Below are positions 46,114 through 55,288 of a stretch of 64,000 nucleotides of DNA, in pieces; the first letter of the stretch is position 1, and each line of letters starts with the position of its first letter. The position numbers were made by a program, and so were the translations under genes. The stretch lies in the IMG/VR virus record IMGVR_UViG_3300044448_008243, positions 1 to 64,000 of that record; one strand, given 5' to 3'. The notes beneath the pieces are model-generated. The model did not search any database. It saw only the letters and a program-made list of their open reading frames with translations, and had not been told where the DNA came from. This stretch comes from a virus (Duplodnaviria > Caudoviricetes).

Positions 46114-46507
46114 AAAATATTTACCAACCCTCTCAGAGTTAATTGACAGGCTTTCAATTTCTCAACTAAAGGAGGTTTTTATTACAGACCATAAAGATGA
46201 ATATTCCCAAGAAATTGCTGACATAGTACATGATATTCAGCTTTGCTTGGACCAGCAAGACGGCAAGGTTACTGCTGAGACAATAAGAGCTATCGTGGTT
46301 TTATCTCAAATGAATTTACATATCTGGCACAATGAGTCAAATTATCGTAAGGGAATTAAAGATGGCAACAATTTAGAATTAACTCACGGACTCAATGGAA
46401 TTAGAAATACGGCTAAAAATAAAATTCAAGAAATTGTAGGCGGAAGAAAAGATTATAAAGTTGACTGCCTCGCCGCAGATTTTGAAGATTGGGAGATTAG
46501 CTGGTAA
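46094..46507 (+). CDS. Hypothetical helical protein of glycan clusters
   Basis: ORF track; ELIDRLSI..LK. Confidence 0.6.
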   Translation: MSNQESRKYLPTLSELIDRLSISQLKEVFITDHKDEYSQEIADIVHDIQLCLDQQDGKVTAETIRAIVVLSQMNLHIWHNESNYRKGIKDGNNLELTHGLNGIRNTAKNKIQEIVGGRKDYKVDCLAADFEDWEISW

Positions 46508-47259
46508 TGAGAGTCTTGGTTGTTGGCGATGCTTGCGAAGATGTATATGTTTACGGACACTGTAAGAGGCTGGCACCCGAAGCACCAGTTCCAGTATTTG
46601 TTAAAGACAAAGAAAAACGAAATGGCGGCATGGCCTTAAATGTATATGAAAATTTGAAATCACTAGGTGTTGAATGCGATATTCTGCACAATGAAAAACA
46701 TATAGAAAAGACCAGATATGTAGAAGAGAAAACGAATCACATATTCATAAGAATTGATTCTGATGAATCAGACATTAAAAGAATTAACAAAAAATATTTG
46801 ACAAAAAAATATCTTTCACAATATGATGCGGTTGTAATATCTGATTATAACAAAGGATTCTTATCTGAAGAGGATATTGAGACAATATGTTACAGGCACC
46901 CCCTCACATTCATGGATACCAAAAAATCTTTAGGTCGTTGGTGCAAAGATTGTAAATGGATAAAGATAAACGAAATAGAATTTGAAAAAACTAGTTCAAA
47001 TCTTTTTGGCTTAGAGCACATATTTGAAGAAAAGCTAATTGTCACACTTGGGGATAAGGGATGTTCTTATAACGGCAAAACATACGATGTTCAGAAAGTA
47101 GAAATAAAAGATCTGTGTGGCGCAGGAGACACCTTTTTGTCAGGCTTTGTAACAAGGTACTTGCAATCAAAAGACATTGATGAGGCATTAAAATTCGCCA
47201 ATGAGTGTGCTACAATAGTGGTACAACAGAAAGGGGTTAATGTCATCAATGGAATTTAA
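46507..47259 (+). CDS. HldE/RfaE kinase-domain protein (PfkB family)
   Basis: RLAPEAPVPV, ISDYNKG, DLCGAGDTF. Confidence 0.9.
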   Translation: MRVLVVGDACEDVYVYGHCKRLAPEAPVPVFVKDKEKRNGGMALNVYENLKSLGVECDILHNEKHIEKTRYVEEKTNHIFIRIDSDESDIKRINKKYLTKKYLSQYDAVVISDYNKGFLSEEDIETICYRHPLTFMDTKKSLGRWCKDCKWIKINEIEFEKTSSNLFGLEHIFEEKLIVTLGDKGCSYNGKTYDVQKVEIKDLCGAGDTFLSGFVTRYLQSKDIDEALKFANECATIVVQQKGVNVINGI

Positions 47260-47539
47260 AGAGTACTATGAATATTATTTGACATTACACCAAAACAAGT
47301 GGTGTCGCAGACTCCACGCCCTTGGGCAAGCAACAACAATTTCCTTTGTAGTTTTTTGTTTGTTTAATTCTTTCTTTCTTGCTTTGTTGGCTACCCCTTT
47401 TATTATCTATCCATTCGCGTGGTCAGGTCACTTCTTTTTTGAAAAGAATAAGCCAGCAGCTTGGTCCAATCCTGTGTGGGCAAAAGCTTGTGACTGGGTA
47501 ATGCTCAAGGACATGATCACAGGGAGGATAAAATTTTAA
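47240..47539 (+). CDS. DUF962/Mpo1-like membrane protein
   Basis: YYLTLH..CRRLH, AWSGHFFFEKNKPA. Confidence 0.85.
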   Translation: MSSMEFKEYYEYYLTLHQNKWCRRLHALGQATTISFVVFCLFNSFFLALLATPFIIYPFAWSGHFFFEKNKPAAWSNPVWAKACDWVMLKDMITGRIKF

Positions 47540-48466
47540 ATGAAAATATTAATAACAGGCGGAGCAGGATATATCGGCAGCGAATTAGTTGGATATCTCA
47601 TAGATAAACATCAGGTATATGTTGTTGATAGCTTACTCTATGATAGAACGTCCCTTTTAAGATACGTAAACCATCCCAATTTTCATTTTGAAAAGGCGGA
47701 TGTAAGAGACCATTCTGTTTTGGAAAGATATATGAAAGAGTGTGATGTGGTTATTCCACTCGCTGCCTTAGTGGGATTTCCTTTGTGCGACCAGAGACCC
47801 CAAGAAGCTATTGATGTTAACTATGGAGCTTGTGAGTGGGTTGCTAAAAACAAATCTAAAGATCAGATGGTTGTCTATCCCTGTACTAATTCGGGATATG
47901 GGACGAGTGAAAATGGCAAGGTCATTACAGAAGATGACCCCCTAAATCCTATTTCCCTCTATGGGAGAACAAAAGTGGACGCAGAAGCCATCTTCAGAGA
48001 AACTGAAAACTGTACTACATTTAGGTTAGCAACTGTATTTGGTCCATCAACAAGGGCGAGGAGTGACTTGTTGGTAAATAATTTTGTTTTGAAAGCGATT
48101 AGGGACAGGGTACTTGTGCTTTACGAGTGTGAGTTTATGAGAAACTATGTTCACATTTGGGATGTATGTAAGGCGTTCACTCAGGTTATTGAAAACTGGG
48201 ACACATTCAAGAATGATACCTACAATGTTGGTAATGATATTATCAACATGAATAAACTCCAGCTCGCTGAAACTATTAAGAAATATACTCCACTAGAAAT
48301 CATCAAGGCTGAGTTTACTTCAGACCCAGATAAGCGAGATTACATTGTAAGTAGCCAAAAAATCTATGATAAGGGCTATTCCTGCGACTATGATTTGGAC
48401 GACGGAATCAAGCAGATGATTAAAGTTTATAACTTAATTGATGAGCCTTGGTATGCAAACTACTAA
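47540..48466 (+). CDS. NAD-dependent epimerase/dehydratase
   Basis: TGGAGYIG, AALVG, YGRTK, RLATVFG. Confidence 0.88.
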   Translation: MKILITGGAGYIGSELVGYLIDKHQVYVVDSLLYDRTSLLRYVNHPNFHFEKADVRDHSVLERYMKECDVVIPLAALVGFPLCDQRPQEAIDVNYGACEWVAKNKSKDQMVVYPCTNSGYGTSENGKVITEDDPLNPISLYGRTKVDAEAIFRETENCTTFRLATVFGPSTRARSDLLVNNFVLKAIRDRVLVLYECEFMRNYVHIWDVCKAFTQVIENWDTFKNDTYNVGNDIINMNKLQLAETIKKYTPLEIIKAEFTSDPDKRDYIVSSQKIYDKGYSCDYDLDDGIKQMIKVYNLIDEPWYANY

Positions 48467-48857
48467 CATCTGGGTAAATGGTTGCTTCGACATTTTACAT
48501 CGAGGTCATATAGAGCTTTTAAAATTTGCTAAATCTCAAGGAGATACTCTAACCATCGGTATCGACACTGATGAGAGAGTAAAAAGCTCAAAAGGTCCCA
48601 GCAGACCTTTCAATAATACTGAAGACCGAAAAGCTTTCTTGGAGGCAATCAAGTATGTTGACAGAGTTGTGACCTATGGATCTAACGAAGAGCTAGAAAA
48701 ACACTTAGTAGACAATAACATCGATGTGATGATCATTGGTTCAGACTGGAAAGGGAAGACCGTTGTAGGAGAAAAACTAGTGAAAAAAGTAGTTTTTTTT
48801 GATAGAATAGGGACATACTCAACAACGAGAATTTTAGAAAATGAAATACGTATTTGA
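48453..48857 (+). CDS. HldE/RfaE adenylyltransferase-domain protein
   Basis: NGCFDILHRGH, KGPSRP, YSTT. Confidence 0.88.
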   Translation: MQTTNIWVNGCFDILHRGHIELLKFAKSQGDTLTIGIDTDERVKSSKGPSRPFNNTEDRKAFLEAIKYVDRVVTYGSNEELEKHLVDNNIDVMIIGSDWKGKTVVGEKLVKKVVFFDRIGTYSTTRILENEIRI

Positions 48858-49176
48858 CATTGACGGCACAATTTGCGACAAAAATAATAACGACGATTAT
48901 GACAAATCGTATCCGTTTTTAGAGAGAATAAGAAAAATTAATAAACTCTACGATGAGGGGCACTACATAGTATTTTTTACTGCAAGAGGCATGGGTAGGC
49001 ACAATAACAATGCGTCATTAGCGATCCGTGACTTTTATTCTTTGACAGAAAAACAACTAAAACATTGGGGTGTTAAGCACCACCAACTAATTCTTGGTAA
49101 GCCCAGTGGAGATTTATACATAGACGATAAGGGGATTAAAGATGGAGACTTCTTTGCCAATGAACTTCGTCCCTAA
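48841..49176 (+). CDS. Small HAD phosphatase
   Basis: FDIDGT, FTARG, GKP..YIDD. Confidence 0.8.
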   Translation: MKYVFDIDGTICDKNNNDDYDKSYPFLERIRKINKLYDEGHYIVFFTARGMGRHNNNASLAIRDFYSLTEKQLKHWGVKHHQLILGKPSGDLYIDDKGIKDGDFFANELRP

Positions 49177-49501
49177 AGGATGGGGTTTTGAAAAGTGGAT
49201 TGTAAATAATGAAGAATACTGCGGAAAACTGCTTTATTTTGTTAAAGGCAAACGATGCTCTTGGCATTATCACGAATTGAAAGACGAAGTATTTTACATC
49301 CAATCTGGCAAGATCTTAGTCAAGTATTCTGACGGCGATGACATTAATAATGCAAAGGAAAAAATACTTTCTAGAGGAGACAATTTCCACGTCTATCGCG
49401 GTCTAAGGCATCAAATGATTGCCTTGGAAGATACAGAATTATTTGAATTTTCAACACAACACTTTGACAGCGACAGTCACAGGATCCAAAAAGGTGATTA
49501 A
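49142..49501 (+). CDS. Cupin sugar isomerase-like protein
   Basis: KGWGFE, SWHYHELKDEVF, RH. Confidence 0.8.
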   Translation: METSLPMNFVPKGWGFEKWIVNNEEYCGKLLYFVKGKRCSWHYHELKDEVFYIQSGKILVKYSDGDDINNAKEKILSRGDNFHVYRGLRHQMIALEDTELFEFSTQHFDSDSHRIQKGD

Positions 49502-50458
49502 ATGAAGTTGGTTGTAATCACAGGCTGTTTAGGTTTCATTGGCTCTCATGTAACTAGGAAATGTCTTGATCTGGGATGGAAAGTCTACGGAGTTGATAGC
49601 ATGACATATGCTTCCAATCCTGATTTGATAGACGATTTTTGCTATGAATACCCTGATAATTTCACGTATGTAAACGAAGACATCGCAGATTTAAAGTATC
49701 TACCTGATTGTGATTACATTATTAATACGGCCGCTGAAACCCATGTTGGGAACAGCATTATAGATAGCAAAGACTTTCTAAGGTCCAACATTGATGGAGT
49801 ACAGAACCTACTTGATTTAATAAAGTCAAAACCAAACAATGTTGACAATCGACCGATTTTGTTTCATTTTAGTACAGATGAGGTATACGGAGATATTGTA
49901 GAGGGAGAACATTACGAAACAGATCACCTAAACCCAAGCAATCCTTATTCCGCTTCCAAAGCAGCTGCTGACATGTTAATTACTGCTTGGGCGAGAACCT
50001 ACGGAATAGAATACATTATTTTCCGCCCAACAAATAACTACGGGGAGTATCAATACCCAGAGAAACTTATTCCTTTATCAGTAAAACTTTTGCAGCGAGG
50101 TAAAAAGATTAGACTTCACAACGAAGGAAAGCCAATTAGGAACTGGCTACATGCCGAAGATACGGCAAGTGCAGTTATAAGTATTATAAATAGTGGGAAA
50201 ACAAACGACATCTACAACGTTGCCGGTGGTTTTGAGCAAGAAAATCGTGAAACAGTGAGGAAAATTATTAAAGCCTATTATGGAACTGATAAAAACTGGG
50301 AACAATATGTTGATTTGGGATATAAAAGACTCGGACAAGACGTAAGGTATGCTCTAAACGATGACAAATTGAGGTCTTTGGGGTGGAAACCACAAAAAAT
50401 ATTTAACGAAGAGATACAAAAAGTGGTACAATTCTATGTAGATAACTTTAAATGGTAG
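49502..50458 (+). CDS. rfbB: dTDP-glucose 4,6-dehydratase
   Basis: AETHV, STDEVYG, NPYSASKA, NNYGEYQYPEKLIP, GQDVRY. Confidence 0.9.
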   Translation: MKLVVITGCLGFIGSHVTRKCLDLGWKVYGVDSMTYASNPDLIDDFCYEYPDNFTYVNEDIADLKYLPDCDYIINTAAETHVGNSIIDSKDFLRSNIDGVQNLLDLIKSKPNNVDNRPILFHFSTDEVYGDIVEGEHYETDHLNPSNPYSASKAAADMLITAWARTYGIEYIIFRPTNNYGEYQYPEKLIPLSVKLLQRGKKIRLHNEGKPIRNWLHAEDTASAVISIINSGKTNDIYNVAGGFEQENRETVRKIIKAYYGTDKNWEQYVDLGYKRLGQDVRYALNDDKLRSLGWKPQKIFNEEIQKVVQFYVDNFKW

Positions 50459-50465
50459 GAGAACT

Positions 50466-50669
50466 ATGAAACTTTCAAAACAAGCAATGGGATCACTGAT
50501 GATGGCTCTACAGAAAAGTCTTTTGGAACAAAGCGATATTACAGAAACCCTTCAAAATATGGATTTTGTTCCCGCTGCCGAAGAAGAAGGCGGAGAAGCA
50601 GAACTTTATGTAAAAAATCCACCCTTGGTTAAGTTTAATAATCCAGAAGCTTCACAAGAAGACAAATAA
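50466..50669 (+). CDS. Hypothetical protein
   Basis: AGGAG RBS; ORF track. Confidence 0.65.
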   Translation: MKLSKQAMGSLMMALQKSLLEQSDITETLQNMDFVPAAEEEGGEAELYVKNPPLVKFNNPEASQEDK

Positions 50670-50911
50670 TGCCAAGTTATGTATATGAGTGCTCAGATTG
50701 CAGAGAAATTGTTGAAGTCTATCACTCAATAAAAGAGGAAAAAACCGATTGCGAGATATGCGGAGCAGAAAATACACTAAATAAAATACCAGAGGTGCCA
50801 ATTTATTTAAAAAATAATGATACTGGTAAAGTTGTTAAGCAACATATCGAGGACGCCAAGCAACAAGTTCGTCAGGACAAGGAAAAAATGAAAGAGGACT
50901 ATACAGGGTGA
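50669..50911 (+). CDS. FmdB-like zinc-ribbon protein
   Basis: MPSYVYECSDC...CEICG. Confidence 0.8.
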   Translation: MPSYVYECSDCREIVEVYHSIKEEKTDCEICGAENTLNKIPEVPIYLKNNDTGKVVKQHIEDAKQQVRQDKEKMKEDYTG

Positions 50912-51210
50912 CGTGGATTATAATCATTTGTGCAATTTCAATAAGCATCAATATTCTACTGATATGGTATATCAGAAAAATGTTATCAAAATTGCTGTAT
51001 ATTTCAGATAGTATAGGCTCTCTTTTATTGTCGGCTAAGAATTTTTCTAATCATTTAAATGGATTACATGAGATGGAAACTTTCTATGGAGACGAAACCC
51101 TTGGTGGTTTGATTAAACACTCTAAACAAGTTGTAGAAGACATAAAAGAATTTGAAGACATCTATACTCTAACTAACGATGGCTTGGAAGAAGATGAAGA
51201 ACAAGAATAA
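50908..51210 (+). CDS. Single-TM hypothetical protein
   Basis: N-terminal hydrophobic helix; GTG start. Confidence 0.6.
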   Translation: MTWIIIICAISISINILLIWYIRKMLSKLLYISDSIGSLLLSAKNFSNHLNGLHEMETFYGDETLGGLIKHSKQVVEDIKEFEDIYTLTNDGLEEDEEQE

Positions 51211-51896
51211 TGCCAAAAAAAGCAAAAAAGAAAAATCACTACTTTACGCAAGATCACGAAGATGCAATAGTTAAGTACGCACAAACAAACGATATTAAGA
51301 TCCGCACAGACCTATATATCCAATGGATAGAGCCTGCCTTTAATGAGATGGTTGACAAGATCATCTACACTTACAAATTTACAAACCTTCCAAATATTGA
51401 TGTTCTAAAAGATGAGTGCAAAATATGGCTAACGACCATTCTGGATAAGTATGACCCCAACAAAGGATCCAAAGCATTTTCATATTTTTCAGTTATCACC
51501 AAAAATTGGTTTATCCACAAAGTAAAAAAAACCACCCTAGAGAACAAAAGAGAGGTACAATTTGATAAAATACCTAAAAACGTGGAAATAAGACAATTTA
51601 CAGTTCAAAACGAATATGAATCAAAAAGAATAGAAAAAGAATTTTGGATGGGATTTTGGCAAGAGGTAAATTCTTGGGAAACATCCAGCATGAAGCCAAA
51701 TGAAGAGAAGGTATATGAAGCCATTAGGCTTATCTTTTCAAATCCAGATCAAATAGATATATTCAATAAAAAAGCAATATATTTCTACATCCGAGAAATT
51801 ACTGGTCTCAACACAAAACAGGTAGTTAACAATCTAAATAAGATGCGTGTAAAGTATAGAGTATTTAAAAAGAAGTGGGATAAAGGTGATTTGTAA
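51210..51896 (+). CDS. Phage sigma-factor-like protein (gp55-like late sigma candidate)
   Basis: NHYF N-terminus; region-2-like LDKYDPNKGSKAFSYFSVITKNWFIH; C-terminal helical HTH-like segment. Confidence 0.65.
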   Translation: MPKKAKKKNHYFTQDHEDAIVKYAQTNDIKIRTDLYIQWIEPAFNEMVDKIIYTYKFTNLPNIDVLKDECKIWLTTILDKYDPNKGSKAFSYFSVITKNWFIHKVKKTTLENKREVQFDKIPKNVEIRQFTVQNEYESKRIEKEFWMGFWQEVNSWETSSMKPNEEKVYEAIRLIFSNPDQIDIFNKKAIYFYIREITGLNTKQVVNNLNKMRVKYRVFKKKWDKGDL

Positions 51897-51913
51897 TACT
51901 TTTTTGCTCTTTA

Positions 51914-51921
51914 ACTATTTA
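51914..51921 (+). promoter_or_regulatory. Putative phage late promoter box ACTATTTA
   Basis: 8 nt before ATG 51930, no SD; heads the structural operon. Confidence 0.5.
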
Positions 51922-51929
51922 TTTTTGTT

Positions 51930-52220
51930 ATGAAAGACTTAGAATCATATATTGGCGAAGCAATAAAAAATATAAGAAGTGATCGCGCCATTACAACAAC
52001 TTTATTGATGGAGTTAATGGAGTATATCAAGAAGGATGAAAACAGAAAAGAGTCTGTTGGCACAATAGCGGCTAAATATGTCGAAACACTACAGAGATCA
52101 AATGAGCAGCTTGTAAAAATCAGTGCACTACTTCAAAAAAAATCAGGTGCAGAGCAGGGTCTAACGGACGAAGATAAGAGCGAATTGTTTGACTTAATAA
52201 AGGAGTCCGGAAGTGGCTAG
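51930..52220 (+). CDS. Hypothetical helical protein
   Basis: ORF track. Confidence 0.7.
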   Translation: MKDLESYIGEAIKNIRSDRAITTTLLMELMEYIKKDENRKESVGTIAAKYVETLQRSNEQLVKISALLQKKSGAEQGLTDEDKSELFDLIKESGSG

Positions 52221-54258
52221 TGATAAAAGCGACAAGAGCAAAGGTAACCCGTATGCAAAGATCTTGCAGATTGGTTATGGGGTTTTGAATCCAGTTTCTG
52301 ACACCCTTACATCAAAAAATTATGATGGTTCGGACACGACTTGGTTTGATAAAGTTAGAGAAGCCACCACCAGATCTTTTTCGGCAAATACCTTTGAAGG
52401 CACAGGACCATTCATAGGCATAGTATTGAGGGACGAGGGACTTACAACTATAAACGGAGTTGTAGACCCTTCAAGTTGGGTAGCAGGTCCTTTTGCACAC
52501 AGAATAGTTAAGGACGACGATGAAGCAGAAGATGCAGGTGGAATCGATAGATCAAAGCTCGCACAATTACCCGGACTAAGACAATTGAGGGTGAGAATAC
52601 CTGAGATACATGCCTCTTTGCCCATCCCGCCTGATCTCCCAAAAAGAAACGAGAGCGCCAATGACAGACAAAAAGAGGCGCACCAAATAATAAATTTGTA
52701 TCCTGTTTTTATCGCACAAAATGCTGCCATATCTTCAACAGAAATAAAACCCGGATCTTTAGTTTGGGTTGATTTCCAAAATAAGAACACCTTGACTGGT
52801 GGAATATTTTTATCAGAGTTAGATCCAAAGCCAGTAGTGGAAGAAACTAGTGGAAGATCCAGAAGCGCCAGAGCAGCATTATCTAGCGAAGAATGCATAG
52901 ATCGAGGGGGGAGTGAAGAAGAATGTTCAATATATACTGCATCTGATGTTGATTACACTAGTGGTGGTTCAACATCAGATTTAGAGCTGTCAATAGCCAA
53001 GCCATTAATTGTACAAGGATCAGGATTTCCTTATGAAGTAATCGACACGTTTAGTCAATCTCTTTCTATTAGGTCAAAACTCCACACTCATCCAAAATAT
53101 GGAACAATGGTTTCTAAGGTCAGAGGATCAGGCTTGAATTCAAAAAGACCATTTTTTTGGTGCTATGGTGTACCTGAGTCCTCCCAATTGGAGAGACCGA
53201 TAGGTTCTGCCGAATCATGCCATAAGTTGATTATCCCCCGCTTCACAGCTTTGTTGGACATGTGGGATGTATACAGAAATAGTGTATTGAATGCATCATC
53301 TGGTACTGCTGTAGGGGCAGCATCAGGCGATGTAACCTACAGGCAGATGAATGGTAATGATTACAAAAGGAAGAACTGGTCTTCGCGAACCTATACTCGA
53401 ACAATGGACGTGACATCTGGCTATAGACGACCGGGAGGTGGCGGATCTTTTCTTGAGGCAGAAAAAATCAAAGATTGGATGATCACAACACTGCAAACTA
53501 AGGGATATAAAAGCTTGTCGGATGGGGTTCGAAAACGAGCGCTCTTTGGTGCTCATACAGCTGGATTAGCGATTGATCTTGGAGGAAATGGAGTCGCCGA
53601 GCCCGGAGCCACTATTCATGGTTTTGATAAGACAACCCTAAGCGCCTACAAGAAACAGTTCAAGAGTGACGCTATCGCCCCGAACAACAAAAATTGGATT
53701 CCTCAATACGCATCTGGGTTCTACATATTCATGCTGAAATATGCTTGGTTATTCGGTTTCAACAATTATAAAGCTGAACCTTGGCATTGGGAATTAAGAG
53801 TACCCCGACAGGCTTGGAAAAATGTTGAAGAGTATAGTTTCTTCGCTGGTGATAAAAACCCTTACTACGATGCATATTATAATTCTAAAAAAATTATAAC
53901 GTCTTTAGGTGAATTTAGGTCTTTACAAGCCAGCGATATTATGAATACAGGCACCATCATCACAGATCCAAAATTAGCAGCAATATATAATGCAGAATTG
54001 ATGCAGATGTTTTATACAGAACAAAAATTCCCATATGCTATAAGCGTAGAGGAAAGGGCAAAAAGCGGAGTATATGCGGGTAAAGATATGGATTTTTTCG
54101 GTCGCTATGGTACCCAGCATATAGTGGAAGAGTATTTGGGTCAGCTTGGAAAAAGTACTAGGTTGGGATCCTATAAGGCAAACTCAAAAACAATAGAAGA
54201 GATAAGGGGTCTTCCAACTTCATTTAGTTTTAGGGTTCCGTGGTTTGCATCTAAATAA
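52213..54258 (+). CDS. Baseplate spike/gp5-like protein with M15 (VanY-like) peptidase domain
   Basis: N-terminal GIVL..RVRIPEIH..PGSLVWVDF; SGYR..AHTAGLAIDL..EPWHW. Confidence 0.6.
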   Translation: MASDKSDKSKGNPYAKILQIGYGVLNPVSDTLTSKNYDGSDTTWFDKVREATTRSFSANTFEGTGPFIGIVLRDEGLTTINGVVDPSSWVAGPFAHRIVKDDDEAEDAGGIDRSKLAQLPGLRQLRVRIPEIHASLPIPPDLPKRNESANDRQKEAHQIINLYPVFIAQNAAISSTEIKPGSLVWVDFQNKNTLTGGIFLSELDPKPVVEETSGRSRSARAALSSEECIDRGGSEEECSIYTASDVDYTSGGSTSDLELSIAKPLIVQGSGFPYEVIDTFSQSLSIRSKLHTHPKYGTMVSKVRGSGLNSKRPFFWCYGVPESSQLERPIGSAESCHKLIIPRFTALLDMWDVYRNSVLNASSGTAVGAASGDVTYRQMNGNDYKRKNWSSRTYTRTMDVTSGYRRPGGGGSFLEAEKIKDWMITTLQTKGYKSLSDGVRKRALFGAHTAGLAIDLGGNGVAEPGATIHGFDKTTLSAYKKQFKSDAIAPNNKNWIPQYASGFYIFMLKYAWLFGFNNYKAEPWHWELRVPRQAWKNVEEYSFFAGDKNPYYDAYYNSKKIITSLGEFRSLQASDIMNTGTIITDPKLAAIYNAELMQMFYTEQKFPYAISVEERAKSGVYAGKDMDFFGRYGTQHIVEEYLGQLGKSTRLGSYKANSKTIEEIRGLPTSFSFRVPWFASK

Positions 54259-54308
54259 TAATTTTTTATTTAAAACATAGATATTTTAATCTATAATGGT
54301 AAGAAGAT

Positions 54309-55280
54309 ATGTCAATTACAGAAGAATATGGAACAGAAAGCAAGAGCGATTACACCAACACTGTAATCAAAAAAAACGATTTAAAAAACCTATCAGATGC
54401 TGTTAAGAGATCGTGGGATGCTTTAGATGAGGAAACCAGAAAAAGACTAGAGGGCTTTGGTGGTGGAGAAAAAATAGAGCCCATACCTCAATTGATTACA
54501 ACTCCTTGCGAAAAAGTATACAGTGGAAAAAATAATACTTGGATTGTTTTAGGTAGAGATAGACCCGGATCTGGAGGCTCTGGTTATGGTGGTGATGGCT
54601 CAACTAATGCTGGGTGCATTGACATATGTGTTGGTCGCGCTGGTCGCCAAGCCAAGCAAACAGCACCAGACGGAACACCCCTATTTGTTGACAACGACTT
54701 TGTTAATGATGCCGCAAGGATTTATATAAGTCAGAAGACATCAATAGATAGGAACTTTGGTATTGTTCCGGGATGGCAAGGCAGCCCAACACCAAGATCT
54801 GGTATAGGAATTAAGGCAGATCTTGTTAGGATTGTTGCGAGAGAAAATATAAAGCTGGTGACTAGGACGGATGATACAAACTCTCAAGAGGGAAAAATTG
54901 GAACGGTTGGCGGAATTGATTTAATAGCAGGCAACGATGATTCCAAGCTACAGCCACTTGTTTTGGGTAAAAACTTAAGAGAGTGTCTTTTTTATATCCT
55001 ACAAGACATATCAAGTTTAACACAAGCTGTTCACGACATGGCTTTAACTCAAATGTCCATAGAGACCGTATTGGCTGGTCATATTCACACTGCTGCTGGA
55101 GCCGTTACTGCTCCGTCTGCGGAGATGGCAGTAGCAGTCGCGCTTAAATCATTAAAGCAAATAACTTATGATTATCCGGCGCACATAGCACAGATCATAA
55201 ATCACATTATGATGAGGTTTAAGTTTATTACTCCTTCTATTGGTAGTTATATTTGTAGCGAAAGAAACAATACAAACTAA
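54309..55280 (+). CDS. Probable baseplate/spike-associated structural protein
   Basis: IVLGRDRP, DAARIYISQKT, IKADLVRIVARENIKLVT beta-strand repeats; position. Confidence 0.55.
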   Translation: MSITEEYGTESKSDYTNTVIKKNDLKNLSDAVKRSWDALDEETRKRLEGFGGGEKIEPIPQLITTPCEKVYSGKNNTWIVLGRDRPGSGGSGYGGDGSTNAGCIDICVGRAGRQAKQTAPDGTPLFVDNDFVNDAARIYISQKTSIDRNFGIVPGWQGSPTPRSGIGIKADLVRIVARENIKLVTRTDDTNSQEGKIGTVGGIDLIAGNDDSKLQPLVLGKNLRECLFYILQDISSLTQAVHDMALTQMSIETVLAGHIHTAAGAVTAPSAEMAVAVALKSLKQITYDYPAHIAQIINHIMMRFKFITPSIGSYICSERNNTN

Positions 55281-55288
55281 GTAAGATT

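Noticed and set aside
28192-50458. Bacterial chromosomal O-antigen/capsule locus
   Set aside because: No wzx/wzy/wzm/wzt or initiating transferase, and it is flanked by phage-type nuclease, sigma and baseplate genes rather than housekeeping genes
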